Part shown: positions 1 to 11,515 of the stretch, piece after piece
Layout of the letters: every line of letters starts with the position of its first letter
How positions within the stretch are numbered: position 1 is the stretch's first letter
NCBI GenBank assembly: GCA_043228905.1
Contig: JBHGNT010000005.1
Coordinates: forward strand, 21,018,001 to 21,082,000
Direction: 5' to 3'
DNA: 64,000 nt
DNA from: Azolla caroliniana
Taxonomy: Eukaryota; Plantae; Polypodiophyta
Program-made: the position numbers and the translations under genes
Notes under the pieces: model-generated
Database searches by the model: none
What the model was told of the DNA's origin: nothing
The model's input: the letters and a program-made list of their open reading frames with translations, nothing else

Positions 1-660
1 ATGAACAAACTCGGCCGAGGCCGAAACGGTATGAGGAGAACCCGGCTGCGGAGAGCTGGATGATACAGACCCGGTGAAGACCGGATGAGGAGTACCCGGC
101 TACGGAGAGCCGGATGGTGCAGGCCTGGTGAGAACCGGATGAGGAGTACCTGGCTGCGGAGAGCCGGATGATGCAGACCCGGTGAGAACCGGAGGAAGAG
201 ACATATTCGCTAATATGTTTCTGTGAGCCCATCGAGGCTATATTTGTAAATAGCCAAAAAGTCATATTAGTATAAATATGAGTTAGGGCAAAACCTTTAG
301 TGAGAGAGTTGTCATTATTTTTCTTGTTGGTACAAGAAGAAGAGTCAGCACGTAACAGTGTACAAAGAGAGAGAGAGAGAGAAAGAGGTCGCTGCCTCTG
401 TTGTAACCGCCGCCTGTGGCGAAGATCGTGAGCACGAGGTCGTTGCCTCCGTGAACTCACTGTTTTGTACATTACTACATAGTGACAGTTTGCAACCTGT
501 GGGCTGCCGTGGTTTTTCCCCTAGTTTGGGGTTTTCCACGTAAACCTCCTATGTAATTTCTCTTCTTCTTTGTGTTGTGTTTTATTTCCCGTTTTCTGTG
601 TATCATTCTAAGCTCGGTTGTGGCCGAGCGTTGCGCATAAGGAACGTTGAGTTCCCGTCA
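1..660 (+). mobile_element. LTR of family A, 5' end just outside the window (solo or 3' LTR), inserted in the leader of G1 copy 1
   Basis: Homologous to 1058-2031. Ends ...CCCGTCA at 660, where G1 leader sequence (GTGTTACCATAG, cf. ~17682 and ~62214) resumes. Carries 3 copies of the 54-bp repeat. Confidence 0.85.
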
Positions 661-1009
661 GTGTTACCATAGTAACCTAATCTTGAACCTCATCTCATAT
701 GTCTAGAGGGGTATTGACGTGAGATCATGATATCGATTAATGTTTGCCCATGATATGTTTACATCATGATATAATGTTATGACTATTTGTCTGACCTTAT
801 CCTATTTCTTTGCCAGAAATAATCATTCAATGGCTCAAAATAACGACCCGATGTCATCCGCTCAAGCGGAAGGAATTCAAGGAAATCCTCCTGGACAAAT
901 GTCCATTGAGATGTATTTTTCACAGATAAGCCAATACCTTTGTTTCACCGCTCAATAGATGACCAAACTTCGGCAATCTCAAAGTGCTCTCAAGGCACGT
1001 GTCATTAGT

Positions 1010-2031
1010 TGTTGGGAGACAGGTCCCTCCGGATGGGAAGGGAGAAGAACAGTGCGGATGAACAAACTCGGCCGAGGCCGAAACCGGATGAGGAGTACCC
1101 GGCTACGGAGAGCCGGATGGTGCAGACCCGGTGAAGACCGGATGAGGAGTACCCGACTACGGAGAGCCGGATGTTGCAGACCTGGTGAAGACCGGATGAG
1201 GAGTACCCGACTACGGAGAGCCGGATGGTGCTGACCCGGTGAAGACCGGATGAGGAGTACCCGGCTACGGAGAGCCGGATGTTGCAGACCCGGTGAAGAC
1301 CGGATGAGGAGTACCCGACTACGGAGAGCCGGATGGTGCTGACTCGGTGAAGACCGGATGAGGAGTACCCGGCTACGGAGAGCCGGATGGTGCAGACCCG
1401 GTGAAGACCGGATGAGGAGTACCCGGCTACAGAGAGCCGGATGTTGCAGACCCGGTGAAGACCAGATGAGGAGTACCCGGCTACGGAGAGCCGGATGGTG
1501 CAGACCCGGTGAAGACCGGATGAGGAGTATCCGGCTACGGAGAGCCGGATGGTGCAGACCCGGTGAGGAATGCTCACCGGATGAAGAGACATATTCGTAA
1601 ATATGTTTCTGAGAGTCCATCGAGGCTATATTTGTAAATAGCCGAAAAGTCATATTAGTATAAATATGACTTAGGGCAAACTTCTAGTAAGGGTGGTTGT
1701 CATTCTTGTTGGTGTAAGGAGTGAGAGAGCGCGTAACTGTGTACATAGAGAGAGAGAGAAAGAGGTCGTTGCCTCTGTTGTAACCGCCGCTTGTGGCGAA
1801 GATCGTGAGCACGAGGTCGTTGCCTCCGTGAACTCACTGTTGTACATTCTAGCATAGTGATAGTTTGCAGCCTGTGAGCTGCCGTGGTTTTTCCCTAGTT
1901 TGGGTTTTCCACATAAACATCCTGCGTACTCCTCTCTTCTTCGTGTCGTGCTTTATTTCCCGTTTTTTGTGTATGATTCTAAGCTCGGTTGTGGCCGAGC
2001 GTTGCGTATAGGGAGCGTTTAGTTCCTATCA
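1010..2031 (+). mobile_element. Solo LTR of family A (1022 bp) with 5-bp TSD TTAGT
   Basis: TGTTGG...TATCA termini. TTAGT at 1005-1009 and 2032-2036. The empty site GTCATTAGTTTACAACG is seen in G1 copies at ~18021 and ~62554. Confidence 0.93.
1083..1566 (+). repeat. 54-bp tandem array (9 copies) within the family A LTR
   Basis: Unit CCGGATGAGGAGTACCCGGCTACGGAGAGCCGGATGGTGCAGACCCGGTGAAGA at a 54-bp period (1084, 1138 ... 1516). Confidence 0.95.
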
Positions 2032-4836
2032 TTAGTTTACAACGTGAGACTAATAGACCTAATGAGTGACAGGGTGAACCATCGTTTGTCGTTAAGCCAT
2101 TTACTTGAGAAAAAAAGGAAAGAACCAAAGAAGCAATCTGCACGTGGCTGGGCTGATGGGAGTCTCATTTTGAGCTCTATTTCACACTAGATAGTACGAA
2201 GATTGCCTATGTCGGCCGAGAACTAGGGGGTAAGGCCGCCACCTGGTGGCGTGGGCTGCGAACTTTGGGGAAATTGCCCGATACCTGGACAGATTTTGTC
2301 ATAGTTTTTAAGGGCCAATTTTTGCAACCTCCCACTCGAACTGAGGCAGCACAAGCTTTAATGAACCTCTCTAGCAAGAAGTTTTCCTCGCTACAAGATT
2401 ATGTTCACCATGCTAGAACCCAAATCCAAAAATTGGGTCTAGAAGGGGAAAATTGGTTAATAGCTTGTTTTGTCAATGGCATCCCCAATTCGGACTATCA
2501 TGGGATAGTGCACGATAAGGATCCAAAAACCTTCGAAGAGGCCGTTGAAATAGTTCTTCGCTATCAACGCACTTTGAAGAAGGACCACAACAAACCCAAT
2601 GAAGCGCTCGGGACTAAGCAATCGCAATTCACTAGGAAACACTAGACACCCAACGAATTCATGGATCGCGATTGTAAGCGACAACATCCTTTTTGCGTAT
2701 TCTGCAAAATGAAGGGTCATATAGAAGAGCAATGTCGAAAGCTCCAACGGAAAGAGCACGACAACAAAGCTAAAGTTGTAGACTATAAAGGTCAGATTCC
2801 TAATGTCCTTCACATCTATACACATCATTTAAGTAATTGTCAATGTTCTTTCCCTCACTATGTATTGGGTCCCAATGATTTACTACGTGCAAATGGGTAT
2901 ATCAATGGATCTCCCGTACAATTTTTATTTGATTCGGGAAGCTCACACAACTTTGTTAATGATTGTTTGGTTCAGATATGGGGAATCCAACCCACCGTAA
3001 GTGATCACACCTACACGGTGCACGTGGCTGATGGAAGAGTACAATACATCAACGGGGTGATTCATTCATTAGGAATTTGTATTGATACTTATATAGAGGA
3101 AGTAGACTTCCATGTAATGAATCTTTGTACCACCGATGTAATACTGGGTTATCCTTGGTTTTATAATAAAAACTCGTCTTTATTTATTTATTGGGTTCAT
3201 CATTCAATAACTTTTGTACTCATTTTATTCAATGTGCCATAAAACAATCCCTCTCGATTGTTTCCTCGTGTCCATCAATATCCGAGTTGTCTTGTTCTAC
3301 TCTATTTTATTGTGTACTTGATCCAGACATTCACGTTTACAATATCGATAATGTCTCGGTTCAATTAACATATTTTGAACAATAACAACTTGATAAAATC
3401 TTAAATGATTTTCGTGATGTTTTTCCAAGTGAACTATCAGATGGGTTACCTCTTAAACGTAATATAGACCATCGTATAGATATTGTGCCTGGCGTTGCAC
3501 CAATAAGTATACCTCCTTATCGCTTAAGTCGATCTGAAGAGGATGAGGTATCTAATCAACTCAAGGACTATTTACAAATGGGTTATATACGTTATAGTAA
3601 ATCTCCATGGGGTGCACCAGTTCTCTTGGTTAAAAAGAAAGAGGGCACATGGCGTATGTGTATTAATTACCAACGCTTGAATAAAGTGACGATCAAGAAT
3701 TCGTATCCATTGCCCCGGGCTGATGAACTAATTGACCGTCTCTAGGGAGCTCGGTATTTTACGAAACTTGATCTTCATACTAGCTACCATCAAATTCGTA
3801 TAAGTGAGGACGATGTTCCTAAAACGGCATTTCGTAAGTGCTATGGCCATTACGAGTTTTTGGTTATTTTAGTTTATAGCCGTACATTACAAGAACATGC
3901 TAAACATGTCCCCTTTGTTTTACAAACATTGCGTGACAAACAGTTTTATGCGAAGATTTCAAAATGTGAGTTCTTCAAGAAATCAATTACTTATCTTGGA
4001 CATCTCATAACTGAACGAGGAGTTGAAATTGATCCTTCTCGCATCGAGAAAATCAAGCTTTGGCCCACTCTTCGGAATATTCGAGAAGTTCGATCATTCC
4101 TTGGTTTTGTCGGGTTTTTGCGAAAATCTTTTCGTAATTACTCCCAATTGACGACGCCGTTTACTGATATTCTAAAAGGTCAAATGCGTAAGTCTACAAA
4201 ACCTATTGTGTGGAATGCTACACTAGACCACGTCTTTAAGGAACTCAAGGACCTGGTTTGCAAGGCTCCTTCACTTCTTTTACCCGATCCTTCAAAACCT
4301 TTTGAGGTTGAAACAGATGCAAGCGATTATGTTATAGGTGCTGTCTTATATCAAGATGGTAAACCAATAACATTTGAGAGTAAGAAACTTGATTCTTCTC
4401 AATGTCGGTATACCGTTCAAGAAAAGGAATTATTTGCAGTTATACATGCGCTCAAAACATGGCGCCATTATCTTTATGGAAATCGCTTTGTGGTAACTAC
4501 GGACCACGAGTCCTTGAAATATTTTGTGACCAACAAGACCTGAAAGGTCGTAAGGCACGATGGGCTGATCTCATCCAGGACTTTGATTTTTCCATACGAT
4601 ATCGTAAACGTTCCATGAACACTGTCGCTGATGCACTAAGTCACATCCGTGAAGTTAACATGCTTAGGTTGACTGAAATATCATCAAATCTTTATGATCA
4701 CCTTCGAGGAAAGTATCCTGATGATAGTTATATTGCAAAATACTAGCAAGAGTTGTGTCTGGAATAGACACCACCACATCCTTGAAGGAATACTTCCACA
4801 TTGCTAACGGTCTGCTCTACCGTAATGGGAAGGTTT

Positions 4837-7800
4837 TTCTCTACCACAATCCATGCTTTTTCTCTAACTATAGACTATATTCTTTCTCTAACATGCTTCT
4901 TCTAAAAGTGATCATGCTTTTTCTAACCTCATGCGTTTTTATCGATTATAGTGTTCATGCACGCTAGATGTGCATGTGTAGCTTTTGGCTATCATGCGTT
5001 TGTCTTCTAACTAAAGCTTTTTCCTAGAAAATATGCGTTGATAAAACCTTTCTATGTGGGATATCTTCTTTTTTAACACTTATGATGTGTTAGTGTAATG
5101 GTAAGGCTTTACATTATTAACATGGAGGTACAAGGTTTGAATCTTGCCCTATGCATGTAACATGTATTCTCATATTTTTTTCATATTTATTAAATCGGGT
5201 ACTTTATATGTTTTTCACGTAGTGTACGAAATACACTATGACACTCGCCCCCTCCGAACCCGCACATCCTCCGGTATGTGCCAAAGTTGTCGGAGCTCGT
5301 TATTCTCTTTCATCTGTAATATCCTATGTTTCTACCGCAATGTTGACTTTGTCTCTCCATTTGGAGCACATTCATTTTTTTCACCCGAACCATTGTCGCC
5401 ATCCGATCCACCATATTTTTCGTTCACTCTTTGCATGGTCATGACCGGTTGTCATGACTCCTTGTGCTCTTCTTGAGCTTAACCCTTCATGTCTTGTGCA
5501 TGTGCCATGTTTCCCACTTTGTTCACCTTTGTTGTATAATCTCGCGTTCTAGTTGACAATCTTCATGTTAGAGCCCTCTTTTGTCAAGATCTCATCCTTA
5601 GTAACACCTTTCAAATCTGCTTGGCCTGCTTGGTCCTTGCCATCCATGGTTGTGCACCTGATTGGCCTCTTCCTCATAATCGTTGGCCTCGATCTCTTAG
5701 ACCTCTGGTTGAGTCGGATTAGCTTCTTTTCAAATCGGTCTCGTCAGATCATCTTTCGGTTGGATCGGCTTCCTTTTCGATTCGTATTCGGCCGAATCAG
5801 AGTTGGTTGATCGGTTTTTACTAAGTCGGGCCCCTTCTGGGCCGGTTTCGACTGATCGGTTTCCATTCGGATTTGCTTCCTTTTCCTCGTTTTCACTAGG
5901 CTCAACCAGGTCGACCTCTGACACTTCTTTTCGGATTGGTCTCGTCTGGGCGTCTTTCGGTTGGAATGATTTCCGTCTGGGTTGAACTCGAAGAATCAGA
6001 TTTTGTCTGAATCCACTTCTGCTTGGTTTGGCTTTCGTTTAGGTTGAAATTCCAACAGACTCATCTTCCGTTCAGACCCACTTCTAGCTTTACGTTCTTT
6101 GCTCCCACCTCCTGTCTCTCCGGTCTCACATTGGTTCTGGAACACAACTGCCGAAGTCTCTAGAATTAGTGGGCAGGAATCCTCAGTATTACCGTCCTCC
6201 GTCGTTTCACCCATCGCCACCTTCTCGGCTATCTCTCCGTCGTATGCATCGGCGTCGGCCTTCGTTTTCTCTCCACCACCTTCCGTCTCTTCGGTCTCAC
6301 GTTGCTTTTTGAACGCAACTGCCGAAGTCTCTGGAATTAGTGGTGAGAAAGTCTCAACATGGCCATTCACCATTAACTCATTCATAGCCACCTCCAACTC
6401 GATGTCATCTTTCGTGGCTACCTCCTCAATCACATCGGCCTCGCACTCTTTATCTCCCTCGATCATGCAAGCATCGATTATGCTTACCCCTTTTTCACTC
6501 GATGTTTTGGACACTCGTGTCCCGAAACCTTCTTCCACCCTTGAAGTGGTGTTCGCCACTCTCAAGTCATCGGCCTTATCCTTGGCTATCATTCTTTCAC
6601 AAGATAAGAGTATAGCTTATTCCACACCCTTTCCTATAGTACCATCATATTGTATTTCGGCTTTCATATCAGCCACATCATTCGTCCTCAATCGATCATC
6701 CCTTATAGGCCATGTTGTTGCCGACGAGATTCTCGTCTTCCTCTTATCATGTCTTCGGCATACTCTTTCGACTTCAACCCAATCCTCGGTAAGACCATTT
6801 GCATCGTCAGCATCTTCGAGTTCGATCCTGATGTCCATCCTTTCTTCCCAACCAATCGATCTTATGAACATTACGACTTTATCCTCCCCCACCAATCTTT
6901 ATTGCCGCTCCGAGAGTCGAGACAAACGATGCTCGAACTCTAGGAATGCTTGTGTTGCACTTCGGTGGGTCTTCTCCGATGCCACCCATTCGTCGAACTC
7001 TCACTGATCTCATCCCTTTGATCTCTCAGAATCATACTTCTCCAATAGAGCTTTCTCAAAGGACACCCACATTGGGTTTTGTTGCCGTATCTCGTAGATG
7101 CTCTCTTGAAGCTCGTCTATGGCCACCCGATTGAAGGATATCACTTGCAATCCCTCCGGTATCCCACATCGCACCATCTCCGCCTTGTAGTCACATAGAT
7201 AGCGCGACACATCCTTTCTGTTGAATTGTCCGTTTCGTTGTACTAGCCGCCGTCATCTCTGACATCGCTCGTTGTTCTTGTAGCATCCGCACGAACATCA
7301 TCATCATCGTGTTCATCGCCTCTTGTTGATTCTCCATCTCCTTGTCACCTGTCTTCACGTCGGGTTCACCAAATGTGTCGTGTCTTTCGACACCGGATTG
7401 TTGCGTGAGTTGGGTGGGAACCGCCAAGGTTTTGGACTAGGAGGAAGAATTTTAAGGCTAATAAGAATATAAATAGATTATAAGAAAAAAAGATAGAAAT
7501 TTGTGAATCCCACGAATATAGTTTTTTAGTTTTATTAATATTTAACCCTAATTATACTTTGGAATAGATTGGAATCGATAGGAATAGATTGGAAAAGAGA
7601 GATCAAAAACCTCGTGAATCCCACAAGTATTATATTAATAAATATTTAGACCCTAATAATCACCCGATTATTTATTTGTTTATTTATTTTTCTCCCCCCT
7701 TATTACATTGTGCTCCCCATCCTTATATAGTGATGAGAGAGTCTTAGCAATCAATGCTTTTTCTCTAACTAAAGACTATATGCTTTCTCTAACACACTTC

Positions 7801-8138
7801 TTCTAAAAGTGATCATGCTTTTTCTAACCTCATGCGTTTTTATCAACTATAGTGTTCATGCACGCTAGATGTGCATGTGTAGCTTTTGGTTATCATGCGT
7901 TTGTCTTCTAACTAAAGCTTTTTCCTAGAAAATATGCGTCGATAAAACCTTTCTATGTGGGATATCTGCTTTTTTAACACTTATGATGTGTTAGTGTAAT
8001 GGTAAGGCTTTACATTATTAACATGGAGGTACAAGGTTTGAATCTTGCCCTATGCATGTAACATGTACTCTCATATTTTCTTTGTTTTCTTCATATTTAT
8101 TAAATCGGGTACTTTACATGTTTTTCACATAGTGTACG
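4837..8138 (-). mobile_element. Gag-only (TR-GAG-like) LTR retrotransposon G3: 5' LTR 7376-8138, 3' LTR 4837-5243, both trimmed
   Basis: Near-identical direct repeats (4847-5228 vs ~7750-8138). PBS next to the 5' LTR; purine tract GGAGGGGGCGAG next to the 3' LTR. Interrupted gag-like ORF from ~7337 to ~5730 (GQFNRKDVSRYL..., acidic tail). No PR/RT/RH/IN motifs. Confidence 0.82.
7355..7371 (-). promoter_or_regulatory. Primer-binding site complementary to tRNA-Trp
   Basis: TGGTGAACCCGACGTGA, 4 nt from the LTR end, matches the 3' end of plant tRNA-Trp (..UCACGUCGGGUUCACCA). Confidence 0.8.
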
Positions 8139-10411
8139 TTAGATCATAACTCTAACAGTTGGTATTAGAGCTCATGTTTCTAATGTTTCTTTTGTTGGTT
8201 TTTATTTTCTTCTTGATTGATGGTAATTGATCAATGTGCGGTCAACCTTCATCGAGATAACAATCAACAAAGGAACTTCGGTAACTTTTCCTTATTTGTT
8301 TTTCTTATTCTTTCTTCTCCCAATCTAATCATGTATAGTTAATATATGTTGTTTTTCACTGATTCAATGATGTTGTAGTGGTAATTACTTGGTTGTATAA
8401 AACGTTTACATATGTGTATGAGGTCAATACCTCATTTGATATGTGATTTGTGTCGTATGTGTACGAGGTCAATACCTCAATTGCGAATTACGTTCACATA
8501 CATATTGTGAAAGTGTTTTTAGAATTTAAGCTATTCAACATTAGAAGAATATAAAGTATGGATAATTCACATTTGCAGGCTAAGAACACGAACCAAGACC
8601 TTAGGAAGAAGTCAAAACTAAAAGTAAGAGACCAAGAGAAAAGTAAAAAGTGAAAAAGTGGACCATAAAAAATAGTAAAAAAGGAATGGTCATAACTCCG
8701 CCGTTTTTCACCTAAATATTATGTTTAAATATGGGTTTGAAAGCTTGTAAAGAGAGCTATGTATAGTTTTTTAAATCACTAAATTTGGACTTCTGATGAG
8801 GGAGATATGATGATTAGAAGGTCGTTGGGTCTTAGCTAAAAATAGGAGATAAAAAGCTTCTAAAAATAGCGTGAACGAGGAAGAAAAAGAAAATTATAAT
8901 AGAGAAGGGGTCCGAATCAGTGTTGGGCAAAGTTTATAAGCCCTCCCGGAAATTTTCCTACTTCTTATGATCCTAATCGGAAATTTAAAAATTTGACTGG
9001 CTACTTTCCTACTATTGATAATGTCAACTGGAAATGCTAATTTTTGTTTTTGCACATACCTATTTTTTTTTAGCACAAGATAAGATAACAACATAGATAG
9101 AGGATATTATATGAAGCAAATTTACAAGCATAAATGGGCATTTCTCTATGAACATGCCACCATGGATCGACTCACTTAAGGATATGCAACTTTGGCTGTC
9201 CTTGAACTTTGGCACTGTTCCTCCCCTACCCTTATGTATGATACACCATATGGGCTTTAAGACACCCTATGTACATATGGATATAGAGAGTCCACATCAT
9301 TATAGTCCTAGATAATATATATCAAAGTATCCACTCCACATGACATCATTTGAGTTCAATGAACAAAGCCCTCCCCCCTGTGATAATATAAGCATTGTTC
9401 CATGAGTCTAAAACAATCACTGATACTATTATACTCATTTAGTGAGTTGTAACATTTTAGTCCAAACTTTGTTATTGGCTAGCACTCACAAATAAAGGTC
9501 AAGGCAAAAGAATGGTACTACAAAGAAAAACAAATATACAAAGCTACACATGTGGATATTCATAGTTGGATCAATTTAGGAAACTGCATACATATTATTT
9601 TTCATTCACTACAAAAAGACAACTATACAAGAAAATTACTCCTTATCACCCCCATGATAATAAAAAATATAGAGGCTAACCATGAGACAATCTGTTAAGA
9701 ATGTCATGATCTTGCGACAATCGAAAGATACATACTTTTCCTTCTCCTTTTAATGAATAATGCCACCTTACTAAAATAGAAACATGGTGAGAAATTATCT
9801 CCATGATCTAGTGTTGGTATGACACATATGCCTTCTATCCTTGTAAGCACAACCTTTGTTGTCATCGACATTCCTCTACTTTCCCAAGCTGACCCCTCAA
9901 CACGTTGTCAATGAAGAAAAACATGTGTGATTGCCATTGCTTCCCACATGATAATACAAGTTTCCTTTCATTTACTCATCTAGGTCTCAAGCATAAACCG
10001 TTCACATATGATAATTTTCAATTAATCTTATTGTATATCATTGTTGATTTAAGGACTTTCAGATAATATATTAGATAGAAAACAAAAATTGTCGCCCAAA
10101 CCTACAATATATCCATCACAACATCTTGAATGTCCCATAGAAATCAATCCTCTTGTATGTTTACAATTTTAAACTTGTGAGTTATAACAAGCTTGAAACT
10201 ACCTAATTAATTTCACTCTCAAACTAGTTTTATTTTTAAACATATCATTGGAAGCTTTCAAACAAGGGTAAGAGTTTACCTTAAGAGTCATGTCCTCACT
10301 ATGCCACTATGTCCATCAGTCTGCGAATACAATGTCCAAAATATGTCAATCATAATCACTGATTATGTCCAAAACATGTATCAAATTCAAAACGTCATCC
10401 AATAATGTTAC

Positions 10412-10493
10412 CACTGTCACATTCACCAACAATGTCTTTCCAACATTTTCTAACCCAATCAAGGAAAGTTTCATTTCTTGCTTGAAGAAAAAG
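10412..10493 (-). pseudogene. ARL8: Captured ARL8 small-GTPase exon, copy 1
   Basis: AG|...[27 protein letters not shown]|GT matches the plant ARL8 N-terminus ([25 protein letters not shown]). Confidence 0.85.
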
Positions 10494-10871
10494 CTACAAT
10501 TATCCAATAAAAACCTCTCTCTCTCTCTCTCTCTTAGCAAATGCTACCATGACAATTAACAAACATATAGAAAGAGCTTTTGAGAGCAAAATCAAAATTG
10601 AGTCTATATCAAAGACTCATGAAGGGAATTACACCAAGAACATAAAAATATGTCAGAAAAAGCCATATCCTAAAGCTCAACAACCAGTTTTATTTTTAAA
10701 CATATCATTGGCAACTTTCAAACAAGGGTAAGAGTTTACCGTAAGAGTCATGCCCTCACTATGCCACTATGTCCATCAGTCTGCGAATACAATGTCCAAA
10801 ACATGTCAATCAAAATCACCGATTATGTCCAAAACATGTATCAAATTCAAAACCTCATCCAATAATGTTAC

Positions 10872-10953
10872 CGCTATCACATTCACCAATGATGTCTTTC
10901 CAACATTTTCTAACCCAATCAAGGAAAGTTCCATTTCTTGCTTGAAGAAAAAG
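10872..10953 (-). pseudogene. ARL8: Captured ARL8 small-GTPase exon, copy 2 (P-loop exon)
   Basis: 82-bp exon with AG acceptor and GT donor: [27 protein letters not shown]. Confidence 0.88.
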
Positions 10954-11437
10954 CTACAATTATCCAATAAAAACCTCTCTCTCTCTCTCTCTTAGCAAAT
11001 GCTACCATGACAATTAAAAATATATAGAAAGAGCTTTTGAGAGCAAAATCAAAATTGAGTCTATACCAAAGGCTCATGAAGGGAATTACACCAAGACCAT
11101 AAAAACACGTAAGAAAAAGCCATATCCTAAAGCTCAACAACCTCGAAAGAACTATGGAGGCTAATTACCACTTTATGCACTTAGAGCTCAAACCTGTCCA
11201 AACTTTTTGTCCAAAACCCAACTTTCCCGGCTTCACAACTGGTGCCATAGTCATAGCCACTCTATATAATTGATCCCCCGAGCCAGACACTGAGAAGGTC
11301 ACTTGCTGAGTGGAGGAAAGAGATGCTACTTCTCTCTCTCTCTCTCTCTCTCTCCATAGTTCCTACATTAACATGTTTTGGAAACGATGAGATGGATGAT
11401 ACTTTTGGTAAGTGGAGAGTAGCAGTGGTAACATATC

Positions 11438-11459
11438 GAGAGAGAGAGAGAGAGAGATA

Positions 11460-11512
<53 letters not shown>
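11438..11512. repeat. (AG)n/(AGAT)n microsatellite
   Basis: Directly visible. Confidence 0.95.

Positions 11513-11515
<3 letters not shown>

Larger units (their letters stand above)
661..4836 (+). mobile_element. Ty3/Gypsy chromovirus G1 copy 1, decayed (leader end, gag, PR, RT, RNase H); truncated before the integrase core
   Basis: Gag with CVFCKMKGHIEEQC knuckle, protease [26 protein letters not shown], RNase H FEVETDASDY. Many stops. The RT segment MPFGL...DD is deleted at ~3865. Colinear with 17680-21490. Confidence 0.92.
10223..11142. repeat. 460-bp tandem duplication inside the hAT element
   Basis: 10223-10682 and 10683-11142 are colinear with few substitutions. Confidence 0.92.

Noticed and set aside
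1083-1566. 54-bp array as a CRISPR array or repeat-protein gene (ORFs 979-1653, 1005-1592)
   Set aside because: The units are contiguous with no unique spacers and lie inside a TSD-flanked LTR. The ORFs arise because the stop-poor unit length is a multiple of 3.
1-2031. The two family A LTRs as one TRIM-like element enclosing 661-1009
   Set aside because: The enclosed DNA is G1 leader/gag with no PBS or PPT, and the second LTR has its own TSD on both sides.
6099-7007. 302-aa Ser-rich plus-strand ORF
   Set aside because: It is the antisense shadow of the Glu/Asp-rich G3 gag and has no domain.
10346-10953. Functional ARL8 gene
   Set aside because: Only one exon (duplicated) is present, the other exons are absent, and it lies inside a hAT element.
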